Of a stretch of 38,337 nt of DNA, positions 14,437 to 22,735 are shown piece after piece. Each line of letters begins with the position of its first letter. The stretch's first letter is position 1. The stretch is from the IMG/VR virus record IMGVR_UViG_3300037467_000331, positions 1 to 38,337 of that record. One strand, given 5' to 3'. The DNA is from a virus. The notes beneath the pieces are model-generated. The model saw only the letters and a list, made by a program, of their open reading frames with translations, was not told the DNA's origin and did no database searches. The position numbers were made by a program, and so were the translations under genes.

Positions 14437-14991
14437 TTACTTCTTTAAAAATAGTGCTCGTTCCGCTTCACGACGACGGACTAGACCAGGTAAAACTTTA
14501 CCTCCTGCCTTTTTCCATGCAAGAAATTGATCAGCAGCACCTTGGTAATCACCTTTGTTAAGCAACTTTAATAAAGTAGAACCTTTAAAAGCACCTGAAC
14601 CAATGTTATAGGTCAATGAAACCAAAGCATCAAATTGATTCTGAGTTAAAGGCACAGTGACGGATTCATTCACAGTCTTTTCAAATTTAGCTAGGTCATG
14701 TTTAAAGTAAGATTTTGCTTGCTCTAATGTGCAAGTGTCGCCTTCCTTAACTTTTACGCCATTTGGATAAACTGTGGTGCCTATACCTATGGTCCATATC
14801 CCAACACCATCGTCGTAAGCTTTCGTTCTAGTGTCTTCAAAGCTAGTGATTAAATTAATACCAATTTCACTTGTGGTTTTCCCGCCTGGTGCAAGTTTGT
14901 CGACAACTTTGTTTAGATCGTCCACTTGTGCTTGTGTGAGTTTTCCGCCAGCAATTACTCGGGCAGCGTCAAAGAAGTTTTTAACTGTCAT
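14437..14991 (-). CDS. Endolysin, GH24 (T4-lysozyme-type) muramidase
   Basis: Catalytic region LITSFEDTRTKAYDDGVGIWTIGIG plus NQFDALVSLTYNIG. There is an N-terminal extension of about 45 aa. Confidence 0.9.
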   Translation of the reverse strand: MTVKNFFDAARVIAGGKLTQAQVDDLNKVVDKLAPGGKTTSEIGINLITSFEDTRTKAYDDGVGIWTIGIGTTVYPNGVKVKEGDTCTLEQAKSYFKHDLAKFEKTVNESVTVPLTQNQFDALVSLTYNIGSGAFKGSTLLKLLNKGDYQGAADQFLAWKKAGGKVLPGLVRRREAERALFLKK

Positions 14992-15181
14992 TTGTTTCTA
15001 CCTTACTTCTATCGTGGCCAAAGTAAGAGTTGACGATTGCACCTGTCCAACCAACTACCGCACCAAGTAAAATATTTACTAAATCTTTATTTTCTTTTGG
15101 AATATCGAAAAAGAATAAAAAGACTAAAATCAACAAAGCCAAGGCAAGTACGGCTATAGTAATAATCTGCTTACTCTCCAT
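14981..15181 (-). CDS. Holin-like or antiholin-like membrane protein with 2 TMDs (66 aa; alternative 71-aa start at 15196)
   Basis: Two hydrophobic helices (IITIAVLALALLILVFLFFF and ILLGAVVGWTGAIV) and a charged C-terminus. Two in-frame ATGs lie 5 codons apart; GGAGGGG precedes the second. Confidence 0.5.
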   Translation of the reverse strand: MESKQIITIAVLALALLILVFLFFFDIPKENKDLVNILLGAVVGWTGAIVNSYFGHDRSKVETNDS

Positions 15182-15422
15182 CGCACACCCCTCCATAACC
15201 CTTCATTCTTGCCTTGTGTTCTAGTTCTTCACGACGATTGCGTCGAAATTGAAAGTAAAAATTCACCAAGAAACCAAGAATTGTAATTATTAAACCGATG
15301 GCGGTAGCTGCGCTGACCTGAAACACCCAGCCAAATACAGTTACACCGCCCCCCGCATACATTGATTTAGTGGCTACTGTGGACGCTGCCACCTCAACCA
15401 TATTTGCTGCCTTATCAGACAT
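15171..15422 (-). CDS. Holin (83 aa, 2 TMDs, basic C-terminus)
   Basis: GGGVTVFGWVFQV and AIGLIITILGFLVNFYF, then RRNRREELEHKAR. First gene of the lysis cassette after a terminator. Confidence 0.55.
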   Translation of the reverse strand: MSDKAANMVEVAASTVATKSMYAGGGVTVFGWVFQVSAATAIGLIITILGFLVNFYFQFRRNRREELEHKARMKGYGGVCDGE

Positions 15423-15445
15423 GCCGTTCCCCTAACTTATTGGCA

Positions 15446-15480
15446 ATAAAAAAGCCCTAAGCTATTTAAAGCTAGGGCTT
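15446..15480 (-). terminator. Intrinsic terminator between the tailspike and the lysis cassette
   Basis: aagcccta/tagggctt stem followed by a T-run on the minus strand. Confidence 0.6.
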
Positions 15481-15499
15481 ATAAAGATTGATTGTGTGA

Positions 15500-18400
15500 T
15501 TAGCTAAGCTTGATTGTTGCTTGTGCATAGCCATTCACAACAGAACAGAGCAAACCACCGTCACTGACTATTTCGCTGTACAATGTAAAGTTAGTATTGC
15601 CATCTTGTACTGTTGCTGTTTTACCGTTAAACATGCTTGGCAAAGGCAATTTAAGCATTGATGCATTTTGATGTATATCCAATACGACATAGACCGCACC
15701 GTTATCTTCATACCAAGTGAACACCGTTGATTCTGGCAAAAGGTTCGGATTGAACAAAGAGCGGTAAGTAATCGTGTTCACAACAGTATTTAGATTAGTC
15801 ACTAAAGCTTTCGGATACATCTTACGGGTTGGTCCGTTAAAAAATCCTGCATCTGTGGTATTTTCACGAATACTTGGCTGTGTTGCACCACGACTTAAGC
15901 TATAGCCGACTACATGGCCAAACTCTTTAGTTGCACCGTTTTTGACAATCTGGGCCATTCGGTCAGGTGGATTTGTTGCATCTAACCAGTTTGCCTTGAG
16001 CATGCTAATAACATCAGTTACAGACGTAACATCTACAACATTACTCAAGTTGTATGTATTTGAACCCACAGTGACAGGATTCATTTTAGGCACATAGTAA
16101 AGCAGTGTTTTACCAGTGTAGTTGAGCGGTAGAGCTTGAGTTAAACCGGCGAAGTTAAAATTAATATTCGATTTCTTCTGAAATTGAGTATTAATAGTTA
16201 AAGCGCCATTCTGCACATACTTATAGCTAACTTGTACATTCACATCATAGTCAATTGCCGGAACATTCAGCTCTTGTTCTGTTGTAGTACCTACATGAGC
16301 TTGCAGATAACTAATAATCGCAGGCACATTCATAATATTGTATGTGTCAATAAACTCGACACTTTCGACATCATAAAAGCCTGAAGCCGTAATTGTCTTA
16401 TAGCCGTCAACAACAATCTTTTTAACGTGATTGTTAATCGCGGTATATAACTGAGTAATTGCATCACTAGCAACCGCAATACTTGATGTATTAGTAGCGC
16501 CACTAACATGGGTTAAAGTATTACCAGTCAATAAGGTATTGTTGTACACCCACTGTGCAGACGTACCAGTATTATCAGAAACAATCCACAGTTTATTCGC
16601 GTCAACAATGCGAACTAAAGTATATTCGCGTGTGCCGTTGGACCACTTCGAGCCTACGTCAATATAGCCTTTTCCATGACTTGTCTGTGTGATTTCATGA
16701 ACAATGAAAGCACCGTGGTTTGCTCCAATGTATGTACCGTTGTAGTTCATCGGCGCAGCATCATCACCATGGTTTACAACCAAAGTTCCCGCATTATATG
16801 CAGTAACTAAGTTTTCTTTAGCGGTAGACTTGGGAATGGTTTTAATCTGATATGGGTTAATTACATTGTTATTCCACTTAGTAGTCGTTCCATATTGCAC
16901 AAGTTGGACCATATCAACAGTGTCACTGAAAGGCGTTCTGATATATGCGTACGTACCATCAATATAGAGTGTGAATGTATTGCCCGCTGTAACAACTGTT
17001 GTGCCGCCTCCACTGTCAGGTGTGTCAATCAATGCCGATGGTTTTAACCAAAGCATTTCTTGGCCGTTTGGATCATAAGCAGCATAATCAGTGCGTTTAA
17101 AACCTAACTCAAGCTGCATACCATTTACTAAGTTATTAAAATCAGTAGTCGTATGAGCCGCATAAACAATCATCATTGAGATGAAAGCAATAGTAGAGTT
17201 ATCGGGGATTGTGAAAGTTACTGTTTTGTCACTATCTGCGTATGTAATGCCGGTTGGTGGATTTGGGTTAACTACTTCACCAGCTGAACCCTGTGCAGCA
17301 TCCATACCCAAAAACACACCATTTTTATCATATGTATAAATGATTCGTTTGAATGCAAATGATGTACTTAAAGGCATCCAAAAAGTATATGTGCCTCCAG
17401 CCTGCACTGCCTGTTTTCCGAATGCGATACCATTTGCAAACGTTACCGTTGCACCAGTCTGGAAGCTAATTAATTTGGCATCTTCTGCTAATGCTTTGTT
17501 AAATTGATTTTTCCCAATAGTTTTAATAAAAGATGCCAATAACAAGTTTTCATTCCTCGTATCTCGTGGCGAAATAAACTCTGCGTTCGCTCCATCTGCA
17601 ATGAATGGGCTGTGAACGTACATTTCACGTGTGCTGGTGGTGAGCATGTTCACGATTAAGCGAATCTTTGTGGCTCCAGCTGTCACGCTTGGTACATTGA
17701 CTTTATATGTCTGCTTGGTGACTGCTGCTGTTACGCCTGTTGCTGCGTAATGTGAAGAAATAAGAGAGCCAGCATCATTACGCTGTTCAATTCCGACAAC
17801 ACCGTTTGAACCGCTTGTTAAACCCTCAACAGTGATGGAACCAGAGAAATCTCGTAGAAACTGAGATGCTGGAAATTCCCAGTAAACGGTAATTGGCGAA
17901 CCAGTTGATGCACTGACGAGCTTTAATTGCTTTAGTCCGTTCCGATATGGATATGTAGCTGTACCAACAAGAACTGTTGGAGCAGTTATAAAAGTGACTT
18001 GTTTAAAGTCTAGTTTGTTTGGGTTTTGCGGCCGGTTTGATTCAACAGTTCGACGTTCTTCTAAAGATGCATTTAGATAGTTAAGTCCAGTAAAAACCCA
18101 AGATGTGCCATTCCAACGGCAAATATCACCGTTATCAAGCATTGCATTTTGACCTACTGGCTTATCAGTAATTAAATCTAGAGCTGCTTTGTTTGCAGCA
18201 CCAATCATATTGCCAGCGTTTGCTACTGCTGCATCTACTGTTCCTTGGATAGATCCAATTGCCGCATCTACTAATGTCTGGGTTTCTTCTTGTAGTTCGT
18301 TGAATTCGGTTTGTATGGTTTGACTTAATGCGTCAAAGTCACTTTGAACTACAGCCTGTTCGACCAACAAATTATCTTCTATCAGGACCCCATCACGACT

Positions 18401-18619
18401 ATATACTTGAATCCGATAGTCTCCTTGTAGATAGATTTTCGCTCTTCCCGTCTCATCCAAGACCACTTCAGGCAGGTTTGGAATTGTTGCCAAGGTGTCT
18501 TGATATGTGACTTTTGGAATCAGTGAATTTGGTTCAAAGGTTTTTACAACACCACCAGCCAAGACTTTATTGCAACGGTCAGTGAATCGTGTGTATTGAG
18601 ATGTCAAAGCTGTCGCCAT
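15500..18619 (-). CDS. Large tailspike/tail fibre, receptor-binding protein (1039 aa)
   Basis: Size and position at the end of the virion module. The N-terminal ~90 aa are homologous to the N-terminus of the neighbouring 290-aa fibre. The remainder is beta-rich and Thr/Asn/Gly/Val-rich. Confidence 0.7.
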   Translation of the reverse strand: MATALTSQYTRFTDRCNKVLAGGVVKTFEPNSLIPKVTYQDTLATIPNLPEVVLDETGRAKIYLQGDYRIQVYSRDGVLIEDNLLVEQAVVQSDFDALSQTIQTEFNELQEETQTLVDAAIGSIQGTVDAAVANAGNMIGAANKAALDLITDKPVGQNAMLDNGDICRWNGTSWVFTGLNYLNASLEERRTVESNRPQNPNKLDFKQVTFITAPTVLVGTATYPYRNGLKQLKLVSASTGSPITVYWEFPASQFLRDFSGSITVEGLTSGSNGVVGIEQRNDAGSLISSHYAATGVTAAVTKQTYKVNVPSVTAGATKIRLIVNMLTTSTREMYVHSPFIADGANAEFISPRDTRNENLLLASFIKTIGKNQFNKALAEDAKLISFQTGATVTFANGIAFGKQAVQAGGTYTFWMPLSTSFAFKRIIYTYDKNGVFLGMDAAQGSAGEVVNPNPPTGITYADSDKTVTFTIPDNSTIAFISMMIVYAAHTTTDFNNLVNGMQLELGFKRTDYAAYDPNGQEMLWLKPSALIDTPDSGGGTTVVTAGNTFTLYIDGTYAYIRTPFSDTVDMVQLVQYGTTTKWNNNVINPYQIKTIPKSTAKENLVTAYNAGTLVVNHGDDAAPMNYNGTYIGANHGAFIVHEITQTSHGKGYIDVGSKWSNGTREYTLVRIVDANKLWIVSDNTGTSAQWVYNNTLLTGNTLTHVSGATNTSSIAVASDAITQLYTAINNHVKKIVVDGYKTITASGFYDVESVEFIDTYNIMNVPAIISYLQAHVGTTTEQELNVPAIDYDVNVQVSYKYVQNGALTINTQFQKKSNINFNFAGLTQALPLNYTGKTLLYYVPKMNPVTVGSNTYNLSNVVDVTSVTDVISMLKANWLDATNPPDRMAQIVKNGATKEFGHVVGYSLSRGATQPSIRENTTDAGFFNGPTRKMYPKALVTNLNTVVNTITYRSLFNPNLLPESTVFTWYEDNGAVYVVLDIHQNASMLKLPLPSMFNGKTATVQDGNTNFTLYSEIVSDGGLLCSVVNGYAQATIKLS

Positions 18620-18632
18620 GTTTTTACACCCA

Positions 18633-18656
18633 TAAAAAAACCACCTTTCGGTGGTT
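18633..18656 (-). terminator. Intrinsic terminator between the two fibre genes
   Basis: aaccacc-tttc-ggtggtt with a 7-nt T-run on the minus strand. Confidence 0.7.
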
Positions 18657-18657
18657 G

Positions 18658-19530
18658 TTAAATAACTAAGAAATCTGTTCTGTCTGGGTCAAACCGCCCT
18701 AGCGTGTTATCACCACCAAAGGTGCAGACAATTCGGAACTTTGTGGTTGTTTGAGTGAAGGAATAATCGATACTTGCGCTTTGTGCTGCGGAGCCGCCAT
18801 TGTTGGAAGCAGTTAAAAAAACTCGATAATTTGCATCTGGCATTGCTGTATCTAATTCAACTTCAAAGTTGCCTAAACCAATACGGGTAACTGCCTTAAA
18901 GTTCCCACCTGTACCAATTTTTGTTGCTGTTCCTGAGAATGAACCCATAGCACGCGCAGCGAATATAGGAGCGGTTCCTGCTGCTAAATCAGCTTTCTTT
19001 AACTTAGTGTCTTGAAGTGCTTTTACAGCTTTTGATGTTGCTAAAGTATTTGTGTCATCAAGATCAAGGGCATCACTCTTTTTGATATAGAGAGGATCAA
19101 TCTTGTCGTTTTCATCCAAAGGAACTAGACCACCAGCAACACCTTTTTGTGACTGAATCTCTTGCTCTACAATAGTGTTAAGCGACTCTTTGACTTGGTT
19201 TAATTCATCTAAGCCATCTTGTACTTGTTGAATGAACTCATCTAATTCAGTACTGGTGACATAACGGGAAAGTTTGTTGGTGTCTGCAATCAAAACATTA
19301 TCAGCTGACAAGACGCGCACCCGATAAGCCCCATCATTTAAATAGATATTGGCTCGCCCAGCCTCGTCCAGAATCACAGGGTTTGTATTTACAGATGTAC
19401 CATCAGGATCAGCATAAGTAGCTTTTGGTGTAGTAGTTCCAGACTCATAGGTCCAAACCTTTCCACCAGCCACAGGCTTTCCATAGTCATCAACAAATTG
19501 TGCTGTGACATTGGTTATTAATGGGTACAT
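18658..19530 (-). CDS. Short tail fibre / second receptor-binding protein (290 aa)
   Basis: Trimmed to MYPLITNV (GAGGT RBS). Its N-terminal anchor domain is shared with the 1039-aa protein. It has a central coiled-coil stretch and a small C-terminal beta domain. Confidence 0.6.
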   Translation of the reverse strand: MYPLITNVTAQFVDDYGKPVAGGKVWTYESGTTTPKATYADPDGTSVNTNPVILDEAGRANIYLNDGAYRVRVLSADNVLIADTNKLSRYVTSTELDEFIQQVQDGLDELNQVKESLNTIVEQEIQSQKGVAGGLVPLDENDKIDPLYIKKSDALDLDDTNTLATSKAVKALQDTKLKKADLAAGTAPIFAARAMGSFSGTATKIGTGGNFKAVTRIGLGNFEVELDTAMPDANYRVFLTASNNGGSAAQSASIDYSFTQTTTKFRIVCTFGGDNTLGRFDPDRTDFLVI

Positions 19531-19542
19531 AAAGACCTCAAA

Positions 19543-19568
19543 TAAAAAAACCGCCACTAAGGGCGGTT
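19543..19568 (-). terminator. Intrinsic terminator upstream of the short fibre gene
   Basis: aaccgcc-actaag-ggcggtt plus a T-run on the minus strand. Confidence 0.7.
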
Positions 19569-19584
19569 AGAAATTGACTAAGTT

Positions 19585-21837
19585 TTACTGTCTTGTAGAG
19601 CCTGCCCCACCAAGTAAACCAGCTTGAACCAAACGATCTATAAGGTTTTGCTGCTGCGGTGTAGGCGGTGTTGCTGGAATTGGTGCACCAGATATGTCAG
19701 GCTGAAGGGCTTTATTTACAGATCTTGTGCTTCCATAGTTGGCAACAGGGTCAACTACATAGTCTTTTAAATATGGCAAATTAAGCACAGATTTAACTTT
19801 AGAATTCCCGAAGAAATCCATTAACCGGTTCATAGTTGCTGACGCAGTATTGGAATTGTTTACATATGAATGGGCAGGCTGAGTCACTAAGTATTCACCA
19901 GCTTTACTAATGTTCTTAATGTTCTTCAGTTCAGATGGCTCAAACAACACTGATAGTCTTCTGTCACCAATTCCATCTAATGCTCTCTTCATACCCGCAG
20001 GGCTAAATTGACCATTTTGATTAATCGCTTTCCCAGCAATAAACTCTAGAGCCTGTTGCTTGATATCTGCTACTGATTGGGGGTTTACGTTATTAAGTAG
20101 ATCAATTGTTTTTTCTAACTCATTAACATTGCCATTTAGAATGTGCTTATTAAATAATTTGTCAGGCTCAACCCCCTTTCTAATGTCTTGGAGTAGTGGC
20201 ATGCCCTCAATCTGGTTCATGTTGAATTGGTTTGCTTGTCTTGCGAATTGGTAAGCTGTAGCTGCATCATTACCACCTGAAGTCAACAAACCCTGCATTG
20301 CTTCTGCTTGCCGCCCATTCAAAGCATCTCGTACCAACCCAATTGAATAAGTTGAGCTTGTAGGCTGGCCCATTTGTAATGAAGCTTTATATTCACGGTT
20401 AAGAATCTTAATTAATTCTTCTGATTTGCCCAAAGTGAACTTATCAGGATTCTCAGCAACATCTTTTATGATCTTCTGAACACTTGAAGGAAGGCTTGAG
20501 GCAGCATAGTTTTGTTCAAGTGCAGTGAATGCATCATTTGCAAAACCACGCCCATCTATCACAACATCATTGCCTGCTGCTTTTTTAGCAGCGTCATAAG
20601 CAGCGCCAATAAATTGCTTGTTTTGATCAAGTTGCGAATCCAGAGAGCCAACCACACCTTGCATGGCGCCAAATTGATCCGCTGATTTACCTCCAGTACG
20701 AGAAGTAGCTACATTAAGCAAATTTGCTAATTGCTTATTATCTTCTATGAACTTCTCTCGCAGAGGTGCACCAACATTTTGAATCTTCGCTAATTCAGCT
20801 TCTTTTTGCCATTGTTGAGCATTGCCACTAACTTGAGCTTTAGTTCCCTTAATGCCCACTTGATCAAGTACAGCTTTACGAGCTACAGCTTCAGGATTGA
20901 GGTTTCGACCAGACTTCAAAGCATCTCTAGCTTCTTTGCGTAACCCGTTAGCCACATCATCAGTCAAATCACCAAGTGACATACCTTGTTGACGTAAAGC
21001 ATCATCAAGATTCTTATCAATGGCTTGCGCTGTTTGTTGTGCTGCTTTAGATCCAGAGTTTTTAACAGCATTAACTGCTTTAGATACACCCTGTCCAATC
21101 TTTTCGCCAATGGCTCCGCCAGCTGCGCCACCTACTGCACCAAAAGCGGTATTTTCTAGACGTTGCTTTGAATCTTCCGCAAATCCAGCACCGCCAATAG
21201 CCGCACCCACTGCCGCGTTCTGTGCTGCAACACCCGCACCAGCTTTTGAAAGTATGCCTGCACCTTGGTAGCCACGACCCAATGCACCTAATGGCGCAGT
21301 TGCTGCAACTTGCCCACCTAAGCGACCCCAATCGTAACCCTGATTGTTAGTTTCTCGACGAGCTTGATGGTAGTCTTGAATATCTTTGCGTTGATTGGTA
21401 AATCGATTATAAGAGTTGGTATCGAAATTGGTTCCCAGTGCTGCATTCAACCCTTGTCCAAGCTTATCACCAGCATATGCAAAACCTTGCACAACACCAG
21501 CGCCTAAGTCTGATGCCCCAAGTAATGCAGACTCCCATAATTGTGTAGGTCCAGCTGCTTTAGCTTGTTTTTGCATTGCTTGTTTTTGTGCTGCTTGCCA
21601 GTCAAAAGGTTGACGCGTAGCTGATACTTGAATCGGTTGTTGAACGCCTAGATTCTTTTGAAGGTTGAGTCCTAAGTTTTGAGCAATTTGAACATCTGAA
21701 AAGCCTTCATTTTTCGCCATTGAAATACGTTTACCAAATCCAGCATTAGATGCTAGGCTTGAGTAGATCTGTTCATCAGAAAAACCTTCTTTTCTTGCTG
21801 TTGCAATTCGAGCGGAGATATCGTTTTGACTTGCCAT
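19585..21837 (-). CDS. Large internal virion / DNA-ejection protein (750 aa)
   Basis: Ala/Gly/Gln-rich with tandem EGFSDxQI repeats at the N-terminus. Its position after the transglycosylase resembles the P22 gp20/gp16 slot. Confidence 0.5.
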   Translation of the reverse strand: MASQNDISARIATARKEGFSDEQIYSSLASNAGFGKRISMAKNEGFSDVQIAQNLGLNLQKNLGVQQPIQVSATRQPFDWQAAQKQAMQKQAKAAGPTQLWESALLGASDLGAGVVQGFAYAGDKLGQGLNAALGTNFDTNSYNRFTNQRKDIQDYHQARRETNNQGYDWGRLGGQVAATAPLGALGRGYQGAGILSKAGAGVAAQNAAVGAAIGGAGFAEDSKQRLENTAFGAVGGAAGGAIGEKIGQGVSKAVNAVKNSGSKAAQQTAQAIDKNLDDALRQQGMSLGDLTDDVANGLRKEARDALKSGRNLNPEAVARKAVLDQVGIKGTKAQVSGNAQQWQKEAELAKIQNVGAPLREKFIEDNKQLANLLNVATSRTGGKSADQFGAMQGVVGSLDSQLDQNKQFIGAAYDAAKKAAGNDVVIDGRGFANDAFTALEQNYAASSLPSSVQKIIKDVAENPDKFTLGKSEELIKILNREYKASLQMGQPTSSTYSIGLVRDALNGRQAEAMQGLLTSGGNDAATAYQFARQANQFNMNQIEGMPLLQDIRKGVEPDKLFNKHILNGNVNELEKTIDLLNNVNPQSVADIKQQALEFIAGKAINQNGQFSPAGMKRALDGIGDRRLSVLFEPSELKNIKNISKAGEYLVTQPAHSYVNNSNTASATMNRLMDFFGNSKVKSVLNLPYLKDYVVDPVANYGSTRSVNKALQPDISGAPIPATPPTPQQQNLIDRLVQAGLLGGAGSTRQ

Positions 21838-22455
21838 TTACCCACCTATCCCTACTGTTTTTAAATCCACAAAATCTGGTTGAAAATCCGCTTTCGCGCC
21901 AATGCCTACACTTGCAAGATCAATCATTTGTGGTTTGAAGTTTGGTGCTATTCCAACTTTCTTTAGATCAACGTATTCAGGTTCATAAGTATTTGCTTTT
22001 GAACCAAGTTGCTTATTCACAAAATCCCATGAGCGCTTATTTTGTGCATAATTTGATGAAGGTAGAGACGCCCAAGTACCGCCTGACTTTTTAATTGCAG
22101 TGCCAAAATCACCTTTAAGAACATAAGGAAGCGCGCCATTCTGAGCTAACAGTGCTAGTGCGCCAATATCTTGAGATTGTGGTGAGAAGTCACTAAGACC
22201 TAGTTGGTTTGCCAATCCATCCCATGTTCCTTTTAAAAATTGATAGCGTCCTGCTGCTGTTGTGTAGTTCTTTTTGCCATCGGTTTGCGTGAATGCTTTT
22301 CTAATGTTTGGATGGCTTGATAAATCATCAAACCGCTGATTGCCGAATAAGGTGTTATAGCCATGATCTGCACCTTCTGCACTAGCAATCAAATCAAGCA
22401 TACGTCTAGCATTAGGGTTGTTAAGTAGCTGCATATATTTTTGTGCTGATGCCAT
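21838..22455 (-). CDS. Virion-associated lytic transglycosylase, lambda R-like (GH104)
   Basis: Close motif-by-motif resemblance to lambda R: IASAEG (catalytic Glu), SSHP, AAGRYQFL, LGLSDFSPQSQD, GALP and TWASLPSS. It adds a C-terminal threefold VDLKxVGI repeat. Confidence 0.8.
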   Translation of the reverse strand: MASAQKYMQLLNNPNARRMLDLIASAEGADHGYNTLFGNQRFDDLSSHPNIRKAFTQTDGKKNYTTAAGRYQFLKGTWDGLANQLGLSDFSPQSQDIGALALLAQNGALPYVLKGDFGTAIKKSGGTWASLPSSNYAQNKRSWDFVNKQLGSKANTYEPEYVDLKKVGIAPNFKPQMIDLASVGIGAKADFQPDFVDLKTVGIGG

Positions 22456-22471
22456 ATCTTTTCCTCAGGCA

Positions 22472-22502
22472 ATAAAAAAGCACCCTAAGGTGCTTTTTTT
22501 TC
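22472..22502 (-). terminator. Bidirectional intrinsic terminator
   Basis: aagcacc-ctaa-ggtgctt flanked by an A-run and an 8-nt T-run. It overlaps the stop of the 70-aa gene. Confidence 0.7.
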
Positions 22503-22697
22503 TAGTTCGTGTATCCTCTCTAGAAGGTGATTCCTTGCTTCTAACTCGCTCTTAAAAGCATCATCAATATCCTCGAAACGTTTTTTAAATACATCCAAAT
22601 TATATTGATTGGTTTTTGTTAGATCATCTACTTTAGCCTTAAGATTCATAAGGCCAACAATAAGCAACACACATATTATTAAAAGCGCAGTAACCAT
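22485..22697 (-). CDS. Small membrane-anchored coiled-coil protein (70 aa)
   Basis: N-terminal TMD (MVTALLIICVLLIVGLM) followed by a charged helix. GGGGGT RBS. Confidence 0.45.
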   Translation of the reverse strand: MVTALLIICVLLIVGLMNLKAKVDDLTKTNQYNLDVFKKRFEDIDDAFKSELEARNHLLERIHELEKKAP

Positions 22698-22735
22698 TCT
22701 TAAACCCCCACCGTGATGAGGGATTTATAGCACAA

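Noticed and set aside
15500-19530. Diversity-generating retroelement acting on the tail-fibre genes
   Set aside because: There is no reverse-transcriptase gene anywhere in the genome and no template/variable DNA repeat pair. The similarity between the two fibre genes is protein-level only and confined to the N-terminal anchor.
21020-21340. Apparent repetitive GC-rich tract with ORFs open in several frames
   Set aside because: This is the Gly/Ala-rich region of the 750-aa ejection protein (GAAIGGAGFAE...GAVGGAAGGAIGEKIG). The codon-level repetitiveness explains the open shadow frames, so it is not a separate repeat element.
22485-22697. 70-aa TMD plus coiled-coil protein as the missing i-spanin
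   Set aside because: It is 7 kb from the lysis cassette inside the ejection-protein block, has no overlapping or adjacent lipoprotein partner, and is very short. It is left as an uncharacterised membrane protein.
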